The translations under genes and the position numbers were made by a program. The notes under the pieces are model-generated. The model was not told where the DNA came from. It was given only the letters and a program-made list of their open reading frames with translations, and did not search any database. From assembly GCA_026936335.1 (NCBI GenBank), contig JAPMXV010000044.1, forward strand, positions 434,001 through 498,000: 64,000 nucleotides of DNA, written 5' to 3'. Every line of letters begins with the position of its first letter. The first letter of the stretch is position 1. The DNA is from Mantamonas sphyraenae STR306 (lineage: Eukaryota; Protista; CRuMs). Positions 34,813-45,500 of this stretch are shown one piece after another.

Positions 34813-37060
34813 TCATCGCCATTGCTCTCTCAGCCACTGCTTGACATCGTGTTCCGTGGGGTTGTTCTGGATTTGGAAACGGATCATCTCCTGTAGAATG
34901 ATACCGATTCGCGGTCCACTGGGGATGCCCAGAAGGTCGCTGATCTGGTTGCCCCGGACAAGCGGCGTCATCTCGATCGACTTGAGCACCTTGCCCTGCA
35001 TAAAGATGGCCTGTCGAAAGGCCTCGATGCGCACGTACGAAGACAACAGCATTTCCTTGTTCTCAGGCAGGCTGGCCGAGTGAAGCTGAATCCGCTCGAG
35101 GTCACGCTGGCTCAACGAGGTGTCCGTCACCGCACCAAAGTCCATCACAGACACTTCTGTGTTTTTGTCTTCGTCCACCATGTGCTGTTCCTCCGGCAGC
35201 ACGCTCAGCATCAGGCTCAGCTGCCATCGCTCGTGGCCCATTGCTCGAAGCCACAGCGCCGTCTCCAGCGGCAACGCGTTCAGATAGTCCTGAAACAGAC
35301 CGCGCAGACGCAGAAAGGGTCGCTTCATGGCAATGTTGCTGGGCGTTAGATCCTCATCGCTGTAGCGGCTGCTGCTTCGCTCCTCTTTTTCGCGGGCCAC
35401 CGCGTACTTGGATGCCTCCTGGAGCAAGAAATAGGCGTTTCGTGCGCCGTGGATGATCTTAAACACGGCCGAAGCGTCAGCAGCGCTGAATTTGAGGCTC
35501 TTGCTGATGAGGTTGTGGACGAGGTGGAATGCGAGCGAGCGGCCATTGAGTGACTCCACCATGTCACGCGGAGTGTAATCTGTGGTTGTGTAGGCATCGG
35601 CCACAGAGCAGGCGTGGAAAAGGATGGAAGCTAGGAATGCCAGGTGGCCATCTTCGCTGACGTGCCGCGAAGGCCGTGCTTGGCGGGAGCGCATATCCTG
35701 CACGACCGAGAGGTTGCGAAAGGCGCTGGACCATCCGTAGTTTTGGTTGAAGGGGAAAATGATGTTGAGGAGGGAACCGTTGTGGAGCAGCTCCACCAGG
35801 CGCACGTGGTTGCGCGAGTTGGTAAGCATCTTTTGCAACTCGACCGTCACGCGCTCACGCGACACCTTGCGTCGAAGCGCCTCCTGGACGTCGTCATCCA
35901 GGCATGCCAGGGTTGTCTCTGGATGGATGTTGAACCCGTACGTGGAGGCAAAGCGGATGACACGCAACACACGCAGCGGATCGTCCAGGAACGTCTCTTT
36001 GGGGGGCAGCGGGGTACGGATCAGGTTCTGTTCCAAGTCCGACATGCCCAAGTGTGTGTAATCCTCGACCATTTGTGTGTTGAGGTTATAGAACAGCGAA
36101 TTGATCGTCATGTCTCGGCGATGCGCATCCTGGCCGGGGGTGCCAAACCTCATATCCGGGATCCTCGAGTTGTGTGCGTATGTTTCGGAGCGCAAGTTGA
36201 CCAGATCGATCTCCATGCCAAACAGCGTCGTGCGCGTCGTCTGCAGGTGCTTCGACTGCGACGGATTCACTTTGATGTTGGCAAACCGCAGCTCTTCAAT
36301 GCCCTTTTCCACGCAGTAGTCGCTCAGGTACTTCGAGAATGCTTCTCCAGTCATGTTATCCAGGGCTACGTCGACGTCGTCGCCTTCCTTGCCCATGAGC
36401 TGTACACGGCCTTGTGTAAGTGTGCCGATTGCAGGACTCGGAAGTTTCTCGCCTTCCCCTTTGTCGCACGCACGCAACCCTGACACGTGCGTGCAGCTGT
36501 TCCCCTTGACCACTTACCTTGTTGCGCACCCAGCCGCCGGCAATGCGGAAATTGACGTCCAGCTTGTAGCGCAGCCGCACGTCTTCGAGGAGCCGGAACA
36601 GATTCTTCTCGCGCTTGTTCAGCTTGATCAGCGTGCCTGGAAACACCAGAGGCGGGCGCTGGTCCAAAGTGACTACGTTCTCTTCGCCCAGCGTGGCCAA
36701 GGCGCCAGAGGAGCTGTTTGCACTGCGCACGGGTTGGGACAAAGGAGAGGCCCGGTGCAAACACACCCTGCTGCGGTGCAGCACCCCGGAAGCGGCAGTC
36801 CCAGCTAACCTGTGTGTGTGTAGGCCACGCGCAAGGCCCTTGCTCCCGTTGGATGTGCTGGAGCACACGTGCAAGCTGCCACGCAGACGCAACGCGGCGT
36901 CTTTCCTGAGGTCAGGTTCGTTCCTCCCCGGGCTGCACTGCCGCAGCAGCTGGCCTGCCCGCTGGACCATGGCGTCCCTGCGTGGCACCAGTGCAGAGGT
37001 TGCCACGGGTCGACGCAACACATGAATGGCGGACGCCGCTGCTCGTCGGCGGCCAAACAT
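34813..37060 (-). CDS. CCA1: CCA-adding tRNA nucleotidyltransferase (class II) with presequence-like N-terminus
   Basis: Exons 37060-36518 and 36399-34813. Motifs AGGWVR, DVDVALD, NPSQSKHLQT, DLVNLRSETY..SRIP, RRDMTINSLFYN, DDPLRVLR and SRERV. Confidence 0.92.
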
Positions 37061-37084
37061 ACTACCCACGCTTTCTTGTTTGCC

Positions 37085-37767
37085 ATGGCGCAGTACCAAG
37101 CATCCGTAGGTGACCCTGTGTGCCGTGTTTCCTTTGTCGTCCATCCCACCTGGAGAGTATTGCTGGGTCTGGTTTGCCGTCCATTGGTGATCGCGGGCGC
37201 GTGCGGCGGCTGGTGGTCTTTGCAAACAAGGTGCTTACACGCCTCCCCTTTGCAACACAGAGGTCCTGGTTGCCATTTGAGGTGCTTGTGGTCTTCAACA
37301 AGTGGTACTCCATCCTGTATGCCATTGTGACCATCCTTGTGTACATATACAAAGGTAAGCGAGGACGCGCAGGGCCATGGCGCCAAAAACGGTTGCTTCG
37401 TCGCCGAGCTACGCACGCGGTGCTCACACAGCACTTCCCTCCCGCAGCAAACACCTTCCCCTACCCGCAAAATAGCCTTGGCGCAGAAATCTTTGGCGTC
37501 ATTGTTTTCTTCCTCCTCGAAATGGTGCGCAAGACGGTCGGCTCGCTCGCAAACAAACTCGAGAATGGTGGCGCCTGCCTTGTCTTTCTCGGACTCTCTG
37601 TGCTCGCCTCTGCCGCCCCTATCTATCTCATTGCCGGTCAGGTCTACATCACACGCTTGGACATTGTCATGGGTGCCATCTCCCTCTGCTTCATCGGCGT
37701 CGAGGCGCTCATGTCCCTTTTCATGGCCATCTCCTTCCAGCGCGCAGCCACCCTCCGCAAGGACTGA
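37085..37767 (+). CDS. TMEM216: Ciliary transition-zone membrane protein, TMEM216/TMEM17 family (~144 aa)
   Basis: Exons 37085-37105, 37261-37354 and 37448-37767 give SWLPFEVLVVFNKWY..YIYK..FPYP..LEMVR..GSLANKLE, with four TM helices. Confidence 0.78.
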
Positions 37768-37882
37768 ATAGCGAACAGCAGACATCGCACACATTGCATC
37801 ATCGTGGCCACTGCACGCACAACACCACGCATCCTGCTGCGGGAAGAACAATCACAATCAAAAACATCGTCCATTTCCTTCC

Positions 37883-38788
37883 TCACCGCCCCACGTACCT
37901 GTAGCGAGCCATGCTGGGCCCCACATAGTCGTACTCATCCCTGGAGATGGCATACAGGGGCGCTGTAGAGATGGAGGCCATGATGCTGCCGCCGATCCAA
38001 GTGCTGAACTTGCGTTCGGGAGGAGCGATGACACGTGGCCTAGCTGACGGCACGATGGCTTCCAGTTCCTCCTGGATGCGATCGGACAACCCCCTGTACA
38101 TGCTGGAGCCGCCGGCGAGGATGATGTTGTTGAGAAGATCGAGTCGCACCGCCTCGTCCACGGCCAGAACAGAGTCCAGAATCATATCCGTGACACCCAT
38201 CTCCTCCAAGCCTGCCAGAGAGGGTTCAAACAGGATTTCCACAGCGCGGTAGGCCTCGTTGCCCACAGAAATGCTCTGGCCATCGGGGAGCTCGTACATC
38301 TGCTCCGTGTCCTTGCCTTGATCGTCTTTGTCTTTGTTCGCAGATCCTACGTAGCAGGTCTTGCGCTTGACATCATCAACAATGTCCCTCTCTGCAGTTG
38401 TGGTGAAGCTGTACCCTCGTTCCGTCAAGATCTTCATCAGGTGATCGGTCACCGTGTCGCCACCGACCATGGAGCTCACCACTCCGTGTTCCACCACGCT
38501 CGTTTCGTAGATGGGCACCACAAAGGTCGTGGACGCTCCCACCATGACCACCAACCCAGTCGTGCGTCCGCTTGCCAGCAGAGCCAACACAGCCTGATCC
38601 GCTAGCATCACGCCTTGCACCCCGAACGTTTCAAACAGCATCTGCACATACTTCTCCCGTTGGGATGCCGGCAACATGGGTGCCATCGTCATGACCACGG
38701 TCGTCTCTTCCGGAACCACACGCAACTCATTGAAGAACGTGTGGTGCATCACCTTTTCAGCATCATCCCAGTTGACAGTAATGCTCAT
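37883..38788 (-). CDS. Actin-like protein lacking the first ~73 residues (actin C-terminal fragment, 301 aa)
   Basis: NWDDAEKVMHHTFFNELRV, FETF, QAVLALLASGRTTG, LMKILTERGYSFTTTAE, YELPDGQ, LAGGSSMY and APPERKFSTWIGGSI. The ORF is intact to the C-terminus, and an in-frame stop lies ~29 codons upstream of the ATG. Confidence 0.92.
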   Translation of the reverse strand: MSITVNWDDAEKVMHHTFFNELRVVPEETTVVMTMAPMLPASQREKYVQMLFETFGVQGVMLADQAVLALLASGRTTGLVVMVGASTTFVVPIYETSVVEHGVVSSMVGGDTVTDHLMKILTERGYSFTTTAERDIVDDVKRKTCYVGSANKDKDDQGKDTEQMYELPDGQSISVGNEAYRAVEILFEPSLAGLEEMGVTDMILDSVLAVDEAVRLDLLNNIILAGGSSMYRGLSDRIQEELEAIVPSARPRVIAPPERKFSTWIGGSIMASISTAPLYAISRDEYDYVGPSMARYRYVGR

Positions 38789-39003
38789 GGTAAACGGTAT
38801 GCGGGGCAGTTGATTTGGAGGCGGGTGCGCACCCTCTGGTCCTGCCTCTTGACGGATGAGGAAGGAGGAAGGTCAGGCAGAATTCGCCAACCTGGACATC
38901 CTTCCTCGCCTTCCTCGTTGGCAAACAAAACCGGCAGGTGGCACGGTGCCCGGTCACAACCAATATATTCTTCTGCACTTCACCGAACCACACCCATCCC
39001 ACG

Positions 39004-39756
39004 ATGAAGTTTGCAAGCGAACGCCTGTTCACGGGCGAAGAAGAGACCGAGCAGATCTTTGCCGACGAAGTGGCAGACGGCGTGCTCAACGCAGCACGCG
39101 AGCAACTGCAGGCCTGGCTGGAAGAAGCAGGAGCCTACAACAAAACATTCATCCCGCAGCTCATGAGCCTGTTGCAGACCAGGGAGCGCAAGGGTGATCA
39201 AGCAAGCAACGCCGGCAACCAGGCGATGTTCCAACAGCGCATGTCTGAACGCCTGCGCCAAGAGTCTTCTCGCAGGACGCAGCGCAGCAAGCGCTTGGCT
39301 GCACTGAAAAAGCAACTGGACGCCCAGGTGGGCACTTGGTCTGCCTCGAGGCGTGCCTTTCGCACCGACTCCTCCTTCCCCCAACAATCGACAAACGATC
39401 TGGGCGAGCTGCCCCTCCCTGTGGTCATTGACGTCGGTGGTGCCATGGTCAAGGCTGGTTTCGGCGGTGACGATGCACCCCGCGCTGTGTTTCCGTCGCT
39501 TGTGGGACGCCCCCGCCACCAGGGCGTCATGGTGGGCATGGGCCAGAAGGAAGCCTATGTGGGTGACGAATCACAAAGCAAACGAGGCATTCTCACCCTC
39601 AAACGCCCATTCGAGGCGTACCGCGCTCCCGAGCGTCGCTCTACCACGTCGCTCCACCTTCTCACCCGCGATCTCGACAGCGCCGACTCGGATGATGATC
39701 AAGAAAACTCATCCTTGGTGGTTGTAAACGCATGCAGTGGTAACGAAGGCGTCAGC

Positions 39757-39790
<34 letters not shown>

Positions 39791-41679
39791 GCAACAGCGA
39801 CGATGGTGCTCAGGGACAAGAACAGCAGGCCGAAGACGTGGTGGCTGAGCATCCCGTGTCCAACGCCAACGCCGTGATGGTGCAACTGGCAGAGTACACG
39901 AGCACGACCCAGAGCAGCAGCAGCAGCAGCAGCAGCAAGCACGCAGCAGACAACGTCAGTCACGCCACAGGAGATCCCATCCACTGCACGGGATGCACGG
40001 CAGTCCTCAATGCTCTCTCTGTGCTGCAGCCCATGTCGGAGGAGGACATCGAGGACGAAGATGCACCCAAGGACTACCTGTGGGAATGCGAGTTCTGCGG
40101 CGTCGAGAACGAACTGTGGATGGTGGCCAAGGAGGAGATTCCCACGGGTGCACGCGTGCAATACTTGCTGGAGCCTGCAAAGGCGCAGTCAGACGACTCA
40201 AGGTCGCGCCAAGGCATCGTAGTCTTTGCTGTCGACACATCGGGCTCCATGTCCTCCACCATCCGTGTGCAGACCAACAAGCTGACCAAAAACATGCGCG
40301 ACGCCGTCGAAGCGAACAATGACCGCATGCGGGAGGCCATGGGCATGACCAAGCAGGAGTGGGCCGCCGCAAGGCCTGCTTCCAACGGCAGCGCCTACAT
40401 GAGCAGGCTGGACTGTGTCAAGGCGGCCGTGCGGGCACAAATCCTCGCGCTGTGCGATTCTTCGCCCTCCACTCCGGTGATGCTGCTCACCTTCAACGGC
40501 AAGCTCACCATCTACGGCGATTGCTGCGGCGTCTCGCAGGTCGTCACGGGAGACGTGCTGTACGACAACGAAGAGCTTACTGCACGTGCAGAACTGTTTG
40601 GGTCGTGTCGTTCGGTGTCCGAGGCACGTGACAACCTGCTGGCCACCCTGGACTCGCTGCAGGAGAGCGGCGCAACCGCGCTGGGTCCTGCCATGACGGT
40701 GGCCAATCACTTTGCCCGTGCCACTCCGGGATCCAACATCATTGTGTGCACGGATGGTGTGGCCAATCTGGGCGTGGGTACCATGGGGAACAGTGCGCGT
40801 GTGCCCAAGGGTGTGCAGATGGCCGGTCTCACGGGCAAGTCGTTCTACTCCGATGTGGCTTCCCGCGCCGCCAGCAGGGGCACTCGCATCGACGTCATCA
40901 CCATCCAAGGCGACGACTGCAAGATGGAGATCCTCGGTCTGATGGCAGACACGACCGGCGGCAACGTCGACATTGTCGATCCCCTCAGCCTGGCTTCCAG
41001 CGTAACCCGGATGCTTCAGGACTCCATCATCGGCACAGACGCCAATTGCACGCTTATTGGCAACCACACGTGGCATGTGGACAGCCCTGCCATCGATCAC
41101 ACACGCTCCATGGACAATGGGGAGCGGTCCGCCGTCGCCGGTGTCAAGCACGCCGCACACGTTCACGTAGGCAACGTCAGCAAGTCCTCTCAGGTCACCT
41201 TTGACCTTCATACCACCCGCTACGTCAGCCAGGGCGCACATCCGTTTCAACTCCAGGTCGAGTACACCGATGGCGACGGTGCGCGGTTCCTTTCCGTGCA
41301 CACGCTCGAGCAGGCCGTCACCAGCGATCGCACCAGCAGCGAAAGCCATCTGGATGGATCCCTCACAGCCATCCACGCCATCCGCGTCGCCGCCAGTGCT
41401 GCTCACCAGGGAGACTACGATCAGGCTCGCCACACCCTCATCAGCATGCAACGCCTGCTCCAGCGATCCATGCACTCGGAGGCCGACCAACTCAACTACT
41501 ACTACTTTGTCAAGCAGGCCGAGAAGCTGGACACCTTTATGCGTCTCGCACAGACCATCGAACAAACGCTCCAAGTCAGCGGCAACACCGACGCACGCTC
41601 CGACCTCCGCAACGACGCAAACTCAAAGGCCATGTTCCAGTTTAAGCACCTCACAGAGTCAGGTTTTGTGTGTGTGTAA
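39004..41679 (+). CDS. Actin-N-fragment / Sec23-type Zn finger / vWA protein (cpRAS-family body)
   Basis: Intronless ORF. Actin N-terminal segment at 39418-39615; CTGC..CEFC Zn finger; [30 protein letters not shown] and [14 protein letters not shown]. Confidence 0.88.
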
Positions 41680-41688
41680 ATGCAGGCC

Positions 41689-42504
41689 TCACTTCCCTTG
41701 CCCAACTTCGTCCAGCAACTCCTTGGCCACCTGCGCGATCACACGAAAACGCAGCCCGCCCAGCAACACGCCGCCATACCACCGAGTCACCACCACCAGC
41801 ACGTTTTCACACTCCATCGACACCAGAAGTCGCAGCAGAGTGTCTCCAGCACGGTTCTCCCCGTCGTCCTCCCGGTTCTCGTGCAGCGAGCCGTCTCCTG
41901 TTCGAATGCGGAACGCATACATGTTGTGTGTCGCGTTTGCAATCTTGCTGTTCTCGTAAAGCTTGTTGACCACCGCCTGAACCTCCTCCACGCTCTCCAC
42001 GTGCGCATAGTGCGCCTGAAACTTGCTCTTTTTCACCGTCGACACGTTGCCCGTCACAATCATCGGCGTAGGCACACTCGAGTCCACCTCCTCCTCCACA
42101 TTCGAACCGCGGCTCCCTTGGTCAATGTTTCCCCACTCTTCACTCTGGCCTGCTTCTGGCGTGTCTTCGCTGTCGCCCTGTGGGAGAGAATCCGCATGGT
42201 CGTTCAGCCAATCGACCCAGCTGAACAGCACCACCTGCCCAGGCTCCCACAATTCCGACAAGCTGCGTTCTACTGCTCGTTCCTGCGAGCCTGTACATCC
42301 ACTGTGTCGCACAACGAGCCGCGGTGCAGCTTCGGCCGGGTAGTTTTCCGGCAGCTCAAAGTGCAACTCCCAACCGCTCCTCAACACAATGGCGTGCCAC
42401 CCCGGCAGGTCACTTTCCTGCATCTCCTCTTCGTACATTCCTTGCATCACCATCAGCTCATCCTGCGCCTCGTCACTAAGCGTCGCCTCCCCTGTCGACG
42501 ACAT
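41689..42504 (-). CDS. IMPACT: IMPACT/Yih1 protein (RWD + ancient UPF0029 domain); an upstream start is possible
   Basis: RWD segment LPENYP..AP; KKSKFQAH, KIANATHNMYAFRI, EDDGE.AG and VVVTRWYGGVLLG. Confidence 0.93.
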   Translation of the reverse strand: MSSTGEATLSDEAQDELMVMQGMYEEEMQESDLPGWHAIVLRSGWELHFELPENYPAEAAPRLVVRHSGCTGSQERAVERSLSELWEPGQVVLFSWVDWLNDHADSLPQGDSEDTPEAGQSEEWGNIDQGSRGSNVEEEVDSSVPTPMIVTGNVSTVKKSKFQAHYAHVESVEEVQAVVNKLYENSKIANATHNMYAFRIRTGDGSLHENREDDGENRAGDTLLRLLVSMECENVLVVVTRWYGGVLLGGLRFRVIAQVAKELLDEVGQGK

Positions 42505-42576
42505 CTCCCCACAGGCCCCACTGGTCCCGCCCGCGCACCACATCAGCTGAACCACACCCGCACATTGTCCCTGTCA

Positions 42577-45500
42577 TCATCCCAACGAGCGCAGAAAGTC
42601 GTCCACGTCGTCCAAGTACTCACGCAGAGCACGCAACGTCTCGCGTTGTCCAGGAGCCAACGAGCCCACCATCAGGTCCACAATGACCCGGAACTCGCTG
42701 TTGCTCAGCGCCACCTCTCCAGCCAGGTAGTCGTCGTTCAGTCGCTGCACGGCTTGCTGCACATACGCCACTTCGTTCCCTGCCGCCTCGTCAATCACAC
42801 CTGACATGTCGCCAAAGTATGCTTCGCGCACCTGGCTCCCTTCCAGCAGCCGGCGTTTCTCCTCTCCACCCAGCAAGCTGTCCGTACTGGCTCCCCCGGC
42901 ATCCAGCCGTTGCCGAAGCTCGCTCTCCAGATCAAAGCTCACTTCCGACGAACTCATCGCCAGGTTCCCAGCTCCACCATCCCCTCCGGTTGAACTGCTG
43001 CTGCCTTCGCTTGCCATGCTGTCCACCCCCCAAAGACGCACGTCGATTGAAGTTGGTTCTCCGAGTGGACTTGTTGCTCTGGTTTCGTTACTGCCGCCGC
43101 CACTGCTGCCGCTGCCGCTGCTGCTGCTGCTGCTGCTGCTCGCGGCCTCCGCTGCTCGCATTTGCTCTTTCATGTACACAAACATGTCGTCAGATTGCGG
43201 ATCATGCGGCAACTGGTCCAGCGGCGTGATGCGTGGTCCTTGCCGTTCCTGGTTTGCCAGCAGCGACGAGCCGTCCGCCGTCGTTGCGTCGTCCTCTTCT
43301 TGTTCCTCGAGCACCTCCATTTCGTGTGCAGCGCCCACACCGCTTCCACCGGCAGCTGCGGCCGCCTCGGCCACTTCTTGCTCTGCACGCCTCACCGTCT
43401 CCAGTTCTGCCTCTGTCAACATCAACTTGAACGGCATCTCCTCGAAAAAGTACTGCATGTACAGCGTGACAGCGATGCCAAAAAACAACACAGCCATCGA
43501 CACCACGAGGAATGCCCCAAGATACGCTTGGCCTTCGGGCGTACGTGCCGTGTCCGCAAACAGGCAAAGCAGCGACATGACCACGTACGGAGCCGGATAC
43601 TCCACAAGCACCACCACAGCCACCAGCACTTGTTGGTGAAACTTCAGCAGCACAATGCGCCGCAGGTACTTGAGTGTACGCGACTGCAACAGCACCACCA
43701 ACAGGAACAGCGGTGCAAACACAGCAAAGAACGAGCCGCCGAAATCTCCGTACAGCCTCAGCATAAGCAGAAGCGCCCAGATCAGCACAAGCACGAATCC
43801 GGCTGCAAACTTGCCCGCAAACCAGAGGGCAGTGCGTGTGACTTCCTCCGAGCCCCATGCATTTGCAGCCACCCCGGAACAGAGTAAGCCAATCGACGCG
43901 TAGATGACGATCGGCACAGCCATGTCGCCTGCAGAGTACGCAACAATGCCATCCATACCTTCAGCAAACACGCCCACCACCGCCGCCAGGGAACCGTTCA
44001 GCAGCAGGAGTCCAAAGATAAGCAGGGCGTACGTTGCACCGTCGTCAGAGTCAATTGCTTGCCTGGTGTGCATCACTGGATAGTTGGTCAGCTGTGCCAA
44101 GCGCAACAGAAGCAGCGGGAAAAACCACATCGTGTTGACAATCAGCAGAATTGTCGGCACAAGCACTTCGCTCCACAACACCGTGCGCATCGGCCCGGCC
44201 AGCTTGAGGTACACCAAAGCAAACTGGATCAGCACATTGATGGCCACCACATTGAACATGGAAACCACAGAGATCATTTGCCGGCGCTTGGTCGCAGACA
44301 CAACTGCGTCCGGACGCGTGTTGTTGTTTCCGTTTCGCGTTTCAACCACCGCGGTAGGCCATGCTCGACCATAGGCATCTCTGAAATGCAGCTCGTCACT
44401 CGCTCCTGCTGTTGTTGCGCCCTGCCCTTGCGACGGCTGATTCTGCGCCGACTGGCCCACACGCACAACGGATCGGCCCGCTCGCGCTGCGCGGCCTATG
44501 ACGCGCTGGAACCAGTTGCGTCGGTCACCCTCGTCGTGGGGAGCAATCCTCTCGCTGCGCGAGTACGGGCCCAAAACACCAAAGAAATGATGGTCCATGA
44601 ACAGGGTCAACGCACCCACGTAGTTCAGCTCATCCTTGGATACGGACACAAAGGCTAGGATGACCGCAGCCACGAAAAACATGCACACTGTAAGTACCAT
44701 GTTGGCTGCAGTGTCGTTGTTGACTGCCTGCAGCACAAATGCCCACCCAAACACCTGTAGCAGCAGCAGTCCGGGCCAGATCGACACCAGCGGGCTGTTT
44801 TGTCCCAGACTCGGTGTTATCCACACCTTCCACTGTGTGTCGTGGAGCACAACAAAGACAAACAGAAACGCGAGGAAACACATGAAAGGCAGGCACAGCG
44901 TCGTGGGCGTCATCGTCGACGGATCACTCCAGTACGTAGTTATCAGCACCATCTGCAACGCAAGCAGAAGCAAGATCATGGTCACTTTGGCCACCATCTT
45001 GCCAGTGCGCACCATGCCGTTCATCTGCCCCGGGCTGAAAGGGCTCATCACAATCGTCGGATACAGCTGGGTGGCCATAATCACGTAGTACAGACCCAGG
45101 AGCAGCGGCAGCAGCATGCCTTCGATCGTGATCGCTTCATCTGCATCACGCAGTGAGCACTCGGTGCACCTGGCCAGCGACGTCGGCACCGACGTTTCTC
45201 CACACAGTGTTCCTGTTTCCTCCAACAACACGCCAAAGTCGCCCGCCTCTAATGCACGCACCATCACGTACAAACGGCCCGGTACAGCGCATCTCTTGTA
45301 CTCGAACGGCGGGCGAGCGTCCAACAGGTCAAAGTCGCCTACACTTGGGATGCGACCCCGGCCCACGTACAGCTCGGCGCCTTCGTTGGCTCCCTGCGAG
45401 CGGAACACACTCAACTTGATGCTCTTTGCTGCGCCGGTGTTGTCCCAGTAGAATCGCCGCTGCTCGTCCTTCTGCATGGTGATGTACACCGGCTGTGACG

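Noticed and set aside
37883-38788. Actin-C gene as a simple pseudogene
   Set aside because: It is heavily diverged yet has no stops or frameshifts over 301 codons, keeps core structural motifs, and its missing part lies in the adjacent gene. Not fully excluded without expression data.
38763-39089. Minus-strand frame containing NILVVTG..KDVQVGE as a cryptic actin N-terminus
   Set aside because: The resemblance is too weak, the frame has no ATG and it differs from the actin-C frame.
39757-39937. (AGC)n tracts here and similar triplet runs at ~28373, ~43100, ~48630 and ~63527
   Set aside because: Ordinary coding microsatellites producing poly-Ser linkers; not CRISPR-like or spacer-containing arrays.
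37883-42504. Functional link between IMPACT (yeast Yih1 binds G-actin) and the adjacent split actin
   Set aside because: Adjacency in a compact eukaryotic genome is weak evidence; it would need conserved synteny in other species.
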